From assembly GCF_009914755.1 (NCBI RefSeq), contig NC_060932.1: 64,000 bases of DNA. One strand, 5' to 3'. The stretch is from the human T2T-CHM13v2.0 reference genome, Homo sapiens. Shown here piece after piece: positions 1 through 13,932 of this stretch; the first letter of the stretch is position 1, and every line of letters begins with the position of its first letter. The notes beneath the pieces were generated by a model that was not told the origin of the DNA, did no database searches, and saw nothing but the letters and a program-made list of their open reading frames with translations. The position numbers and the translations under genes are program-made.

Positions 1-586
1 ATCAAGCATGTGTAGAAGAAATAGCTGATGGTGGGGATGTTGACACTGCTCGTGATCTGGGAGGAGACTCTGGATAGGCCAACAGGAACCCAGGGAAGGC
101 AGACTTATCAGCATAAATGAGGAATGGGGTTTTGACAGAAAGGACAAAGATATCCCATAGGAAGTGATATCATCAAAAAGCTTTACATTAAAGGAGTTCT
201 CAGAAAGCACAAAGGATAAAATGTTGGAAGCTGACCCAAACTTACAAAGGGCAGTTAGCCAAACCATAAAAAAGATGCTCACGCCATACTGTATGCTGTG
301 TGATGAGATGAAGTCACACACCATTCAGACTACTCCTGATACATTTTTAAAACTGAAAGACTGAAAGTCTAAAACCTCAGTGTGTTTATGTTGTCAGTTA
401 CTGTTTTATAGTGTTCATTTCCCTTCACATTTATAACTGACGATAAGCGAGTTTTAACGCTTTGACAAAAAGTTTTAAAAGGTCACAGAAGAGTCATAAT
501 TTTTGCCGTTGATTATTAAGTACTCATTGCATGGTTTTGGGTTATATGGTTATTTGTACAGCCATAACCTCACAAAGCAGGGACTG
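1..586 (+). mobile_element. Tigger-family DNA transposon relic (MER82-like), cut by window start
   Basis: GAAATAGCTGA..TGTTGACACTGC, AAAGGATAAAATGTTGGAAGCTGA.CCAAACTTA and a terminal CAAAGCAGGGACTG resemble MER82. ORF 164-364 is a transposase C-terminal remnant. Confidence 0.75.
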
Positions 587-2409
587 GCGGTGGTAAAAAA
601 AAAAAGTAGTCAAACCACTACTGTTGCCGTCTGGATTTTATGTTACTGAAAAATTAGTTAACACATTCTCAATATTATCAATAGTTTCCTAGCCTGTTAA
701 AGGCAATTTATGTAGTAATAGATGCCTTATTGATTACAGAACTTGACTTTCTAATATTTGCTACTTTTAATTTTCAAAAAGTCCTGAAATTAAATATTCA
801 GACTCACATTTCTGTGGTACTTTTAGTGAAATATTTTTGCAACATTAAAGTTTTTTGTTGTTGTTGTTGTCCTTTTCATTTTAAAAGAAGGCCCACCGGG
901 ATTCTCCATCAGCAAACAGCCAACCCACTGCATTATACATAGCAAGTTTTAGTGACAGTTCTAGTCTCTTGGGCATGAGAAATACAGTCTTGTTTGCTCG
1001 TTTAAGTCAACAAGCTGTGGGATTTATTGTGTGTTTTGTAGTATGCATGCAGAATGTTTTGATTTTTAAAAGTCTAAAATAATTGAAACTGTCTTGTGTC
1101 ATTCAACCCTGTAATAAGTACCTATAGTTTAAAACCTCAAAATTGGTTGGTTTTGAAAGATGTTTGTATAATGCATAATAATAAGCGCCTCTGGATTATT
1201 TTTAATGCATCAGATCCTGTGCTATGGTCTGTGTAAGAGAAAGGAACCCTGATTACAGTTTTGGAGAGTGTTCCTGGTGCCCCCAGCATGCCCATGGTGG
1301 ATACCACATCATTATGCTGTGCTCTGAGGGGCCTCATTCTGACAGCATGCTTGGTTACATACCGTAATGAAAAGCCTTGTTTGGGGAACATTTGTGCTTT
1401 TAAATATTGGTTTCATCATGTCCAGGGAATGAAGCTGATTTAAACATAGCTCACAGTAAATCTGAGAGTGGAAAGTTTGATTTTACCCACTAGTCTTTCT
1501 AATTTTTTACTAATGTAACGTCCCAATCCATTGTGTAGCAGAGAAGCTAGTTGAATTTGTTCTTCCAGGGGAAGAGGGCCCTTCTTATACATGAGTTTAT
1601 ATGAAGTTTTTCATGTAATGTATTTTATCCTTCATGTTCATCAGCTTTACAGAGAAAAACTTAAAGAGTTCTTACTCCAAAACATTTTGTCTGAGCCTGG
1701 GGTGAAGATTACTATAAGGAATGATTGAGCAACAAGATGCCAGTGATGGTCAAGGAAAAAGTCAAAAATGTTGATTTTGAAGATCCTTTACTAATTCACA
1801 AATTCTGGTTGTTTTTATTTTCATCTATGAACAAGGGCAATTTCAAGAATAGGAAGAAGGAGGAACATAGAGCCTCAGCCAGCATTGACGTGGGTGACAC
1901 CTTCAGAACGGTTGTAGGAGCACAAAGAGTCAGCCTGGTGTCACTTGCTGGCAGGCCTTCACTTCAGATCTGACCTGAAACAACACACAGAACCTCTCCT
2001 TTGGCTTAGATCCCATGTGAGGCTTCCTGGCATGTTCGGATAAATGGATGGCTTGGATCGAGGCTGCTCCTGACTTCAAGTTGTAGACCAGCCTCCTGGC
2101 CTGGTCTCCTCAGCTCTGGAGGCTGGCCTGGAAGCTCCAGATGATTCCAGGAGCACAGCCTGCTCCATGACCGTCCTCAGGCGCCAGCTCCTGCTCCTCC
2201 TGTCTCATCCGGGGGCGGTGAATTCCCCATATTCATGGGTTATGACTGGGCTCAGACTGTTCCTTCTGCTCAGAGGGCCTGTCCCGGTCTCCCACTTTTC
2301 CATGTTGTGAACCATGGTGAAAATGTTGAGAATTCCTTCCCATACTTCCCAGGAGCTTCATTCCTCCTTCATCTGGGTTCTGGAAGTAATTTATTCTCAA
2401 CCATGGTTC

Positions 2410-2575
2410 CTCCTGTTTGTTGGGTGCCCTTTATGTACAAGGCATTTGACAAGCACAGTCTCAACCCACCCAACAACCCTATTCAACCCTATTTATTACA
2501 GACTCTAATCGGTGAGGAAACTCAACTACCTTGCTCTGGGCTTAGCCAGTAAATAGTGGAATTTGGATTGAAACA
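2410..2575 (-). mobile_element. MIR
   Basis: CAACAACCCT...GGTGAGGAAACT...AGTAAATAGTGGA. Confidence 0.55.
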
Positions 2576-5559
2576 CTTTTCCTCTTTTACCTCTTACAGC
2601 ACGTCGCACATTGTGTCAGTCTGCCGACTTCATTTCTGTCTTCCACACTAGACTAGGAACTCTTACGTGTCTTATCTGTTGATGACTTCCACTCCCATCC
2701 CAAGCATCCCCATACTTGGCCCACAGCCCTTGTTACATAAATGTTTATCTTGCAGGACCAATGAGTGAATGAAAGGAAGTTTGAATCAATTACCAACTAG
2801 CTGCAGAGTAAGAACAGAAGCCTCAAGAAAGATGAAAAACCAATTTTACAAATTTAACATAATATTTACAGGAATAAATTTTTGCTATACAAATCTAGCC
2901 ATCACGAGAACCTGTGTAAATAGAACTCATAAAGACCCCAGGGCTTACTTTTTGGTCTTCAAGAAAAGGCACAGTAGCTGTTTTTATTAGCGGCACAGAA
3001 AAATGATTTTGTTTCCTATGATACTGATCCTGCACAAGTTTTTTTCTTTTTTTCTTTTGGTTACTGGCTAGGGGTATATGGAAATTCTGGGGAGGAAGGC
3101 TTGTTGATGTTCCTGTGGCTTATACACCTGCCCAAAGCTGTGCTCCACTGACACAACTGAAGAAGGACAGACAGGAAAACGAGGCCAGGAATCCTGGACA
3201 GGCCAAAGTGCCTGGGATACCCACGGGGGATCCAAAGGGCCACCAGGCATCCCCAGTGACATCGGAAACACGAAAGGCTGTAGGGTGGCCAGAGCCATCA
3301 GCCTCCCAAAATTGTCCACCCTTAGACTAAACAACATCCTGCTGCCTTCCCATCATTAACCTGCCCTTTTATGCAACTGATTTTTTATGGGAGAAAACAG
3401 TTTATTGCGGGTTATTCAGTTTACTTATTCAGAAGCTGTAGAGTGGCTCAGCGACAGGGACAAATGAAAATTCGGAACATCATACTCTCCATGTTTACTG
3501 TGATGATTCTTCTCTTCCATCACTGTCTATAAACAACACTGTGAGGACAGAATTCTCTGAAAAGCTAAGATATGGGACACCACAAAGGCCTGAAGCTTCC
3601 ATCCAAAAGAAGTAATCTGAGTTGGACCTAGTGGGGATTAAGCATGCTATTGATTTAGTATTCATTTTTTATATTTGGACTGTTTAAAATTACTTATCCA
3701 AGAAATCCTCCAAGGCGCATGATTATATTATCATACTCATTTGTTGGGGAGGGTGGGGGATTGTAGTTATTAGTGTAATTTGCCCCAGACCAGAAAGTAC
3801 TACTAAATGCTATGATTAGAAAAAGGAGAAGGAAATCTGTATTTATATGGAAAAGAATTTACTTAGGATGTTATTCTGCATTTTAAATTGTACAGAAGAG
3901 AAAGGAAAGAAACCGATTAAGATGCTTAAAATTTAAATTTCTTCTTTGGAGAATCAATGACTAAAATGTCTCAGAAGGTATGTATTAGGATCATAGTTGA
4001 AAAAAATAAAATATTCCACTGATTATATATAGTGAAATCTAATTAAGTTTTAAGTAAAAGTAATAGTATTTCAAAGATACTTTACCTGCTAGCATTCTTT
4101 TTATCATGATCTTTATTGACCGTAAATCAGAGCCCTTGGCTAAGGATACATTTTATTCCAGAAAAATTATTTCAGAACTTGATTTCAACTGTATTATTGG
4201 TCAACTATTACATTTCCTTTTTTATTTCAAATGTCGATCAACAGGGTGTAGCCATTTATAATATTTATAATTATTTATATCTACAATTACAGGCATTTAA
4301 TTTGTCATTTGAACAATGATATGACATTGTGCTAAATACTTCAAGGAGAGACACAGAAGGGGAAATATTATTGGTTATTACTTCTTAAATATAAAAGTTT
4401 GTCTTTAAATAGCTGTGAAAGGTGTTATAGGAGCATAGATTCCGAATTACAAGCCAAACATAAAATCTTCTAAATGTTATTTTGGAACTATACTTTCCTC
4501 AAGATAGCGTTATTTTTAAATCTGTGAAACTGACTTGATTGAATATTGTTTGTTCATTATAGTAATTCATACATTTAATGTTAAGAAAAATATTGGACTT
4601 CAGAATAATATGAATGAATTAATCCTTATAAAAATAATTGTATGTTTTGTATTTATGTACAAGCCTGTGAATCTCTTTTCCCAAACATAAAGCAAACTTC
4701 CAAATACACACATTTATTTTGTACCAGCCCCCATGCTCATCTGCCTGTATATTTGAAAAATAATTCTGAGCTCAGAAAATCACTCTCCATGTGATGGGTA
4801 TGAAAGTATGCACTTCACTGCTAAATTTTCACTCATACCTTATTTTTGGCTTATATTCCTGTGAATTTTTAAAATTTCATTTTCTGTTTTTTAAACTCAG
4901 TAGATTCAAAGCAGGAATTGTGAAGTGGATTATAAATACAAATAATTGTGAGAGGTTGGGGAACTTCTGGACTTGTGAATGATGGCAAGACATTAATAGC
5001 TAGCAGCCTGGTTCCATGTGGGAACACTGGAAGTCTAAAACATTAGACATCTACAGAAGGTGTTTATGTGTATTATAGTAGCTAAGATAGCAGCCGTGAA
5101 TCATCAATAAATGAAGACATGTAAATATATAAACTACTTTTTAATTTAAAAAAAGAAAAAAAAACTACTTTTAAAAGATTCCATCAGAAATGCTGATTTA
5201 AACAGTTTCCATCCTTACATAAACATGTGAGTGAAAAGACATAAGCTGCTATTTTCTAGGTCCCCCACGTGTGTGCAAACCCCTCCTTCTCTGACCATAG
5301 GAAGTAATCGAAGAATTAATGCTGTATTCTCTTACCCATTCACTTCACACCTAGTTTGTGCCTGGCATTGGGCTAGGTACTTTCTATACCTTACTTAACT
5401 AATATAAGTGAAGTAAATTCACCCAATGTATATTCATAGTTTGGGTTAGTTACACTTCAAGCAAAAGGCCACTGGTTTAAAAAAAGACAAAAGTTTTTTG
5501 GGTTGTTTTTAGTACAGTTTACAATTATAACAATATTAAAGTTTAAAATTAGTACTTTT

Positions 5560-5868
<309 letters not shown>

Positions 5869-6322
5869 TTAGTATCTTCACATCAACAGCTTACCTAATA
5901 ATTTTTACAAATATGCTCCACCTCACATTTGTTTGAAAAATCATGTACAGCCCCTTGTATAAAGCAAGACTTCTGAAGTCTGAGTCATTGCAGTCTTTAC
6001 CTTGAGCATATGTTTGTAACATTAGTAACAACCCCCACTCATCCTGTAGCTGAACTTCACCTGGGTGATGATTTGACTTTTCCACAGTGCAAGATGGTGC
6101 TGAGGGTCCACTGGGCCACGCCCCTGGGCTCTCCTGGGGTTTGTCACCCCACTTTGTTGGAATATAGCTTGGCCCTGTCTGGTCCTGTTCCAGTTGAGTG
6201 CTGGTTCTCATTAATAGCCTCTGGGAGTGATTTTTTTAAACAATATATTCTTAAGATTCCCAAAGGAAATATGTCTGGTTTTATGTTTTTAAGGGATCTT
6301 TTAAAGTTTTCTGCATAGTAAG

Positions 6323-7258
6323 TGTCTTAGTCCACTTAAGGACTAAGGGCTAAGGACTTAAGGACTAAGGACTTAAGGGCTGCTGTAACAAAATACCATA
6401 CCCTTGAGTAGCTTAAACTACAGACATTTATTTCCCACAGTTCTGGAGGCTGGGAAGTCCAAGACCAAGATGCCAACAGATTTCGTGTCTAGTGAAGCCC
6501 CACTTCTGGGCTCACAGATGGACATCTTTTCACTGCGTCCTGAAGTCGTGGAAGGGAAGAACTCTTTTCTCTTCAGCCCCTTACAAGGGCACCATTCCCA
6601 TTCATGGGGGGGGGCTCTGCCCTCATGATTTAATCACCTCCCAAAGATCTTGCCTTTTTTTTTTCATTTTACCAGTTTAAAATGAAAATTCTACATATGA
6701 TTACTTTATGTCTGCATCTTTTCAATTGTTTCTTCCTTGTGTTTGCCCTTTCTCTTGCCTGCTTGATGAGATTTGGCTTTCTGTCCAAGGATCTTTCTTT
6801 GGTCTCTGTTCACTTTCAGCCTAGAAGTAACAGCTGGAGTGAATGCCCATGTGGACAGTTGTGCCATTAGCCTTTTCCCACTGCACCTGCTCAGTGTAGA
6901 TGACACATTTCTTCCTGTAAACCTTGACTGTTTTGCCAGTTTGCTGACATTTATAGTGTCCTCACACAGCCTGAACTTCATCATCCTTTCAGATGAGCAT
7001 GGATCAAACACTGTACTTCTGTGTCAGCTCTTTGGAAAGAGAGGAAGACGTAATCTTCCTGCGAATGTGGAAAGGTGCCTTGAAATGCCATTTTGTGGTT
7101 CTTGCTTCAGTCAAAAGTCACAAAGGGATTAAACTTCGTTTTGGCCACTACCAGTTCAGTGATAGCCACAAAAGGGAAGACATTCTTCCTCTTAATACTA
7201 TCACATTGAGGATTAGGTTTCAACATACAAATTTGGGGGGCACATTCAGACCACAGCG
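6323..7258 (-). mobile_element. MaLR solo LTR (MLT1A/MSTD-like) split by the RPL26 retrocopy (6323-6654 and 7181-7258)
   Basis: TGTCTTAGTC start, ACAGTTCTGGAGGCTGGGAAGTCCAAGA, TAATCACCTCCCAAAG | CCTCTTAATACTATCACATTG...CACATTCAGACCACAGC. The LTR resumes in register after the insert. Confidence 0.88.
6655..7180 (-). pseudogene. RPL26P26: Full-length processed pseudogene of ribosomal protein L26
   Basis: The reverse strand reads TCTTCCCTTTTGTGGC (5'TOP-like leader) ... GGCCAAA-ACG-AAGTTTAATCCCTTTGTGAC, i.e. xKFNPFVT with ATG>ACG at 7139-7137. Codon 11 is CGA>TGA and there are frameshifts. The C-terminus [30 protein letters not shown] matches RPL26 ([31 protein letters not shown]). No introns; poly(A) remnant seen as T-tract 6655-6664. 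The pseudogene number is from memory and less certain than the RPL26 origin. Confidence 0.93.
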
Positions 7259-8194
7259 ATAGAGAAATAAATCTCCGACTGGAAATGATTCATTAATAAA
7301 GAAGTGTTTGCTGGGCACAGATTTTTAATGGCACTTCATAGGTTTTCATTTCTGTAATTGCTTTAGATTCATGTCTTAGCTGAAACTTCATAAAGCAAGG
7401 AAAGAAGATAAATGGCAAAGCAGAGTATAAGTGACTTCTTGGTATTACATCGGGCCTTAAAAGTCTTATGCTTACTTACTGTCCTTTGTCCCTTTCTTTT
7501 GGTAATCTGTGTTTTAAAGTAACTGACTGCCCTGCCATTGTCATCTGCACATTTGATAGGTTTGCTCTAGCTTAACCTCTGGGTCTTTAATGAGCATGCC
7601 CTCTCTCTTAAGAGAAAGAACAATCACTCAAGGGCTAATATTTGTGCAGGGAGATACTATTTTTCCAGCTATTGCTATGATGTGAAACAGAATCAGAAGT
7701 GTTGATAGATCTGTCCATGACTTGTCTCTTGTCCATGGGAAGGGCTTGTACTGGTCTGGTCTGAGAGGGTTACTACTAGAAGCCACAGTTGCTATTCCTC
7801 GATAGTCTAATAGATTTATATTAAATAATTATTTTTCTGGTAATGATATAAGAACAAATAATATACTTCCCTGAATTCTCAGAATTTTCTTTAAAAGCTG
7901 TAGTTATATAACACTCAGAAATCTATACTGGCTTTCCCAAGTGTATTCACCCTACCCAGGGCGTCATCGTCTCAGCCAGCCTCATGCTGACCTCAGTAGT
8001 TTTGTGATCTTGAAATTGCTGCTCCAAGTTCACCTCTCTTGAATCCCAGGCATTCTATGCAAGGCTTCTTTTTCTGTATTCAAACACTGACAGGCGAGTT
8101 CCCTTCTTAATTACCTGAACAAGTTGGGGAGGATTTAGATATCTCCACTGGCAGCAAGGTGAGAGACCAAACCACGAGCTGAAGGTACAAGGGT

Positions 8195-8400
8195 TGAATA
8201 AGCATCAGCTATCAATGTGAGCGCTAGGCCCTGTTCTAAATGGGTCCCATGTGGAGATTCATTTAATCCTGACTTAATAATCCTAGGAGATGAATAATAT
8301 TTTATCTCTTTTTGCAGATGAGGAAACTGAGACCAAGAAAATTTGAGTAGCTGCTGAAGGACATTCAGCTAGTTACATACAGTATTTAAACCCAGCAAGT
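8195..8400 (-). mobile_element. MIR
   Basis: TCATTTAATCCT...TTTTGCAGATGAGGAAACTGAG. Confidence 0.75.
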
Positions 8401-8892
8401 TATCTCAGCCCCGTGTTGTGTTGCCCTCTGATGAAGGGCAGCAAGGGAGATGGTCTTCGCTGGAATCAGACCACTAGAATTCCCGAGTGCTTTGGGGTCA
8501 CCAGTCCTCTCTATTGGAAAGTTGTTTTTTTTTTTTTTCTTAATTAGTAGTTGGATCACTGTAAATTCTAGGCAAATCGACTTTCCTCAGAATATGTGAC
8601 TCATCTTGACTAACAATCTTTTCCAAAATATTTCATTGCTCATCGGCTTGTACCCACCCCCATGCCCCACCCTGGCCAATTTCTTAAAGACTACTTTCCT
8701 GGCTCAATTTTCCTTTTCTTTAGAATGACAAAAAGTAATTCCTCTTCCATATAGTTTGTTTAACTAAAGAATACTATTAATACACCATCTTCCCCAGACA
8801 ACGAATTCTATACACAGCACAGGTGGACGTGAGCACACACGTGCAGAGACATACATACAAACACACACACACTAGTCAAAAGCGGAGCCTGA

Positions 8893-9188
<296 letters not shown>

Positions 9189-9639
9189 CAGAGTCTTGAA
9201 GTATCTAAGAGCACCTTGGGACTTTTGCCCATCCCTGGCCTTTATCTTCCAGACATCGGTACTGTACAGCAGATGGCTAGTGATACAGTGTACCTTATTC
9301 TGGTGTTGAGAAATGTATTATGCTGAGTATAACTTAGGCTAGGAAAAAACTTTATTCCTGATAAAAAGTAGTGTTAGCAGAGGTAGAATAGCATAGTGAT
9401 GATAATCTGGGATTTGGAAGCCAGAGAAAGGCCCAGATTGGAATCCCAGCCCAACCACTTGGAAGCACTTTGGACCCTGGCCAGTTCGTTCACTTGTTTA
9501 ACAGGATATTTGTAAACTCTGTGTACCAGGTCCTGTTTTAGGCCCTGGGAATGCAGAACACAAAACAGATCAAGACTGCTTAAATACTAGTATGGAAGAC
9601 ATACATACGTACATACATACATGCATGCATGCCTGGTAA

Positions 9640-10075
9640 CCAATTGGCTGTACTTTTAAAATATATTCAGAAAACAACCAGCTTTCACCACTGCCATCAT
9701 GGTTCAAACCCCTCGGATCATTGCATTAGCCTGTTAACTGTTTCCTGCTTCTGTTCTTCCCTCTTGCAGTCTTTTCCCAACAGAGCATTCAGAAAGCTCC
9801 CTCTAACCCGTGAGTCTGAGCCCTCTCTCCTGGATGCAAAACCTCACAGTAGAGTCCCATTCTCCTTGAAGACAGCCATGGTCCTTGACAGGTTGTGTCC
9901 ATTATCTCTCCATCTCCTTCCTCCCATGCCAGCCACACCTGTCCTCCAGGCCTCTGCACTTGTCTTTCCCCTAGCATCTCTGTGGTTACTCCTTTACCTT
10001 CTTCATAACTTTGCTCAGATATCCCCTTTTCAATGAGGCTTTTCTTATTTGACAGATAGAACAATGCCTGAATAA
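9640..10075 (+). mobile_element. L2 fragment
   Basis: Pyrimidine-rich L2 3' region (CATTGCATTAGCCTGTTAACTG, CAGGCCTCTGCACTTG, TGCTCAGATATC). Confidence 0.55.
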
Positions 10076-11019
10076 AGAAGGAGCTAACCCACCTATTTCA
10101 TATACAAATATGCCAACCCTAATATTCAGACCAGATATATTTCGTAATACTTTTAAATCTTCTGTAACACATCTGTGGAATAAGCCTATTTTGAAGTTCT
10201 TGGGAGTCCTATTTCTCCCAGGCACTGAAACTTGAATGTGTCATGATAGTAAACCAAGAGATTATAAATGAATGAACATTCAGTTTCCAGGAAGAGATTA
10301 AAAAAAAGACAAGTAAATTACCTTATTTGTTTTGTCCAGAATGTATTCCATTTAAGGCTTATAATTCTCAATTCTTGAGGCTGGAGAACAGATTGTAGAG
10401 CATCAGGAATGGTTTGCTAACTCAAAACCATTTCAAGCTTCTTAACGCGATGCACACAGCATTTGGGGGCTGCCTTCAGGAGTATAAGCCTAGCTGCTCC
10501 CTCGAGACCTAAAGAAAGCAAGTGAGAAGGTGAGTGCATATCTCAGGATCTGACAGGATGGCTGAAAGCAAAGAGCCTCTATTGTGGCAGGTTTATTTTA
10601 TAGCATTTTTGTGCCGATCTGTCCAGAATCCCTTAACCGGTGTGAGGGAAAAATCAGTATTATTAGGTAAACCAATTAGGGAATCTCAGTGAGGTATTTT
10701 TCTCTGAATCTAATAAAGCAGAAGCTAACTGAGCTCTACCTGAGAACAGTTGATGTGATTCGATGTGGTGCTTTCTTGATGGCAGCTGGACACAGATACT
10801 TTATTCTAATTTACATCCCAGTGGGATGACCCATGAACCAGTATTCGAGAAAAGAGCCAGAAGAAAACTGCAGAAAAAGCTTCAGAAACCTCAGCTTTGA
10901 TACATAAGCACAGAGCAACAGAACTACTGCCAAAAGTGGGGATGGCAAATTTGGGGGAGGCTTTAACCTCTCAGCACCTCAATTTCTTCCTTGGCCACAT
11001 GGTAGTCATGAGAAGCATC

Positions 11020-11285
11020 TATAGTGGAGCCAGCCTGCCTTGTTCAAATTCCAACTCCATCTCTCTCTAGCTAAGGTAGAGCGAGGGTTTTCTTGGGTAA
11101 AGTATTGAATGCCTTAGCATCTTTGGGCCTCATTTTCTTCATTTGTAAAATGAAGGGTAGTAATAGCCCCTGCCTCATAGAGTCATTGTTAAGAGTTAAT
11201 ATGTTCGTATTTGCAAAATGCCTTAGAGTGGTTCTGGCACATAGTAAGCACGGTCTGAGTGCTATTTCTATAATCATTATTATTA
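11020..11285 (+). mobile_element. MIR
   Basis: GGAGCCAGCCTGCCT...CATTTGTAAAATG...CTGGCACATAGTAAGCAC. Confidence 0.8.
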
Positions 11286-12714
11286 TGTAGTATGTGCCTA
11301 ATGAATATGTACATAAATAAACATAGTCTATAACCAGAAGGCATTTTTGCAATTTCTTTATTTAATTTGCATTAAACTTAATAGAGTGGAGACTTAGTTC
11401 TCTGTTAAACTCTTTCAGAAAACTAACGGACATTAAATACAAGACAGCATGTTTAAAATTAAAATTAAGAAGTATCTGTCTTTATAGATAATTATACAAC
11501 ACTGTCAAATCAGCTTCCAGAAAATATCGGAAAGATTCTAGAGTAACATCTTTGGATGTGAAAAAGATAAATCCTGTGTTCACAAATGTCATTAGCTTTA
11601 TGTTTAGCTTTAAGTTTTAAAAATGTTTACCCCATTGTCATTAATCTCTTTATTGATAATAATGCTATTTCCATAATCCCAAGGGACCCAATTCAATATA
11701 TTTCTTCTCTTATTTCTCCTTTCTCCACTGACCTTGTTCTGTGACATTACTTTCCAGACATTTGTTGAATGAGCATGGTCTGTCCTGGAAATGCCAATGC
11801 AGATTGATACAGCCAGAGATTAAGCCTCAGTCAGGTCTCAAGAGCCAGAAAGCTCTGCAGATTTACTAACCATGAGAATGGAAACTAGCCGCATTCCAGG
11901 ACATTAGGATTTCACTCTTCCCATCCCAAAACGGGTTATCTTTTTTGAAGGGGGTAGGGGAGACCAAATTTCCGGTTGGGTCTGGGTGCTTACCGGAAGA
12001 TTAGCGGTGGGAAGTTTCTTCAGACTAGCTTAAGTAGAAGGCTTAATTGCAGATGCTTACTTCTAAGGCAGGGTGGGGCGTGGTACCTGGGGCTGAGCTG
12101 CTGCTGCTTCCAAAGTGTCTGTGCTAAGGAGACTGTTTACCTTCAGTGCCTTCACACTTTTAGTTACAAAGCAGCAGCACCTTGTAGCAGCATCAGTTGT
12201 GAGCATCTTCCAGGCCACTTATGGATTAAAAACTCCAAAAATCCCCTTTTGAAACCATAAAAGCACAGTTTGAAAAGTACCTCATTCTTAGTGATATAAC
12301 TTCAGATGTTATTTTGGTGCAGCCTGGGGAACACTGTTTGCCTGAAACAGGTAGCAGTCCTCATAATGATAAGTTTAAAAAGCCACTCAACCATATTCGT
12401 GCTGCTGGCCTTACAGTCTCATTTTTAGATTCTTGTTTTAACATTGCCTACAGACATTATTCTTATATTACTTCAAACATTCAGAACTAAAATTATTCAT
12501 GATTTTCTGAAGAAATGAGATAATGGCATCCTTTAGAAACCAAAAAACAAATACTCTGAAAAGTACCTGTTCACTTGCCCCTTACTGGAGGTGGCTGGAC
12601 TGAAATCCAGAATGGAGCCAACCCAAAGCAGGCAGCATTCCTGAAGAAAGTTCGTGTGCATGCCCTCCCTTTTCTCCCCTCATAACTTATTTTCTCTTAA
12701 TTTGAGTTTAGAGG

Positions 12715-13069
12715 GTAACTTAGTCTGAGCTGCTATAGCAAAATACCTTGGACTGGGTAATTTGTAAACAACAGAAGTTTATTTGCTCAGTTCTGAAGGC
12801 TGGAATGTCCAAGTTCAAGGCACCAGCAGATTTGGTGTCTGGTGAGGGCTCCGTCCCCACAGATGGTGACTTCTTGCTATGTCCTCGCATGGGGGAAGGG
12901 ACAGGCACACCCCCGTAAGCCTCTTTTATAAAAGGGCACTAATCCTATTCATGAGACTGATGCCCTCATGACCTAATCACCACCTAAAGGCTACACTTTT
13001 TAATACTGTTGCACTGGGGGTTAGGTTTCAACATGGGAATTTTGTGGGGGACACATTCAGACCATACTA
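12715..13069 (-). mobile_element. MaLR solo LTR (MLT1A/MSTD-like)
   Basis: CTTAGTCTGAGCTGCTATAGCAAAATACC...GATTTGGTGTCTGGTGAGGGC...ACACATTCAGACCATA. Confidence 0.88.
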
Positions 13070-13309
13070 GGGAGAAATAGTGGTGCGTAAATTTATCCTT
13101 GTGACTGAAGATCTAATATTCCAAATAACTTGGTTCTAACTGGCAAGGGTACTTATAGTCTTGTTGCAATCACTGTAGGATATATCCAGACCCCTCTGAT
13201 AGCTTTAGTTCTTCCCACTGACCTGTCTGCAGAGATTCTTCAGGGTTGTACTGCTTCCCAGGCTGGCCTGTGGAAAGAGAGTATATGACCACTCTGCTTG
13301 TGGCAGTTC

Positions 13310-13530
13310 TTTGGTACTGACTGCACTCGGCATGCCGCTAAGCGCTCTCTTCAGATTATCTCATTCTACATCCTCAACAATCTGGTAAGGTTGGTTATTA
13401 TCATTGCTCTTTTACTATTGAGAAAACCAAGACTCAGGTTTGAGTAAATAACCTGCTTCTGGGAAATGTAGCCAGTAAGCCACAGAGCCCAGGGCCAAGC
13501 CAAGGTCGGTCCGACTTCCAAATTCATACC
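13310..13530 (-). mobile_element. MIR
   Basis: CTAAGCGCTCT...ATCCTCAACAA...TTTTACTATTGAGAAAACCAAGACTCAG. Confidence 0.6.
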
Positions 13531-13778
13531 TTCAGTCAACATTTGTACATCCCAGAATCGTGTCCTGGACTTAGTGACTCTGAGGACACCTTCCTCAAGG
13601 GCACATGGTTTCTACCTAGAGTGAGGAAATATGAACCACATGGCTGGAGCATATTTAAAGAAGATAGGCAAACTATGTTTGCACATAATTTTTTTTTATT
13701 ATTTCAAATACCTGGTCCACAGCGTACAGTTTTCTTAATGAGATTGCTTTAGGAATCCCTCTTTATGTAGAAAGAGTG

Positions 13779-13932
13779 TTTTTCATCTTCCTGATCTAGC
13801 CCCTCTCATCTGAATTATCCACTGAACTATCCACTTTTTCATCTTCCTGATCTAGCCCCTCTCGTCTGAATTATCCACTGAATTATCCACTTTTTCGTCT
13901 TCCTGATCCAGCCCCTCTCATCTGAATTATCC
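13779..13932 (+). repeat. 56-bp minisatellite, 2.75 copies
   Basis: Unit TTTTTCATCTTCCTGATCTAGCCCCTCTCATCTGAATTATCCACTGAACTATCCAC at 13779, 13835 and 13891 (partial). Few mismatches. Confidence 0.95.

Noticed and set aside
164-364. 66-aa ORF
   Set aside because: Decayed Tigger/MER82 transposase tail.
3040-3340. T-rich tract plus CTAG before a GC-richer block (possible cryptic exon)
   Set aside because: No clear donor site and no other support; cannot be called without RNA data.
6706-7262. ORFs of 101, 119 and 89 aa
   Set aside because: Frameshifted or antisense readings of the RPL26 pseudogene, whose start codon is lost and which has an early stop.
13779-13932. CRISPR-like repeat spacing
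   Set aside because: Head-to-tail tandem units with no unique spacers, in eukaryotic DNA.
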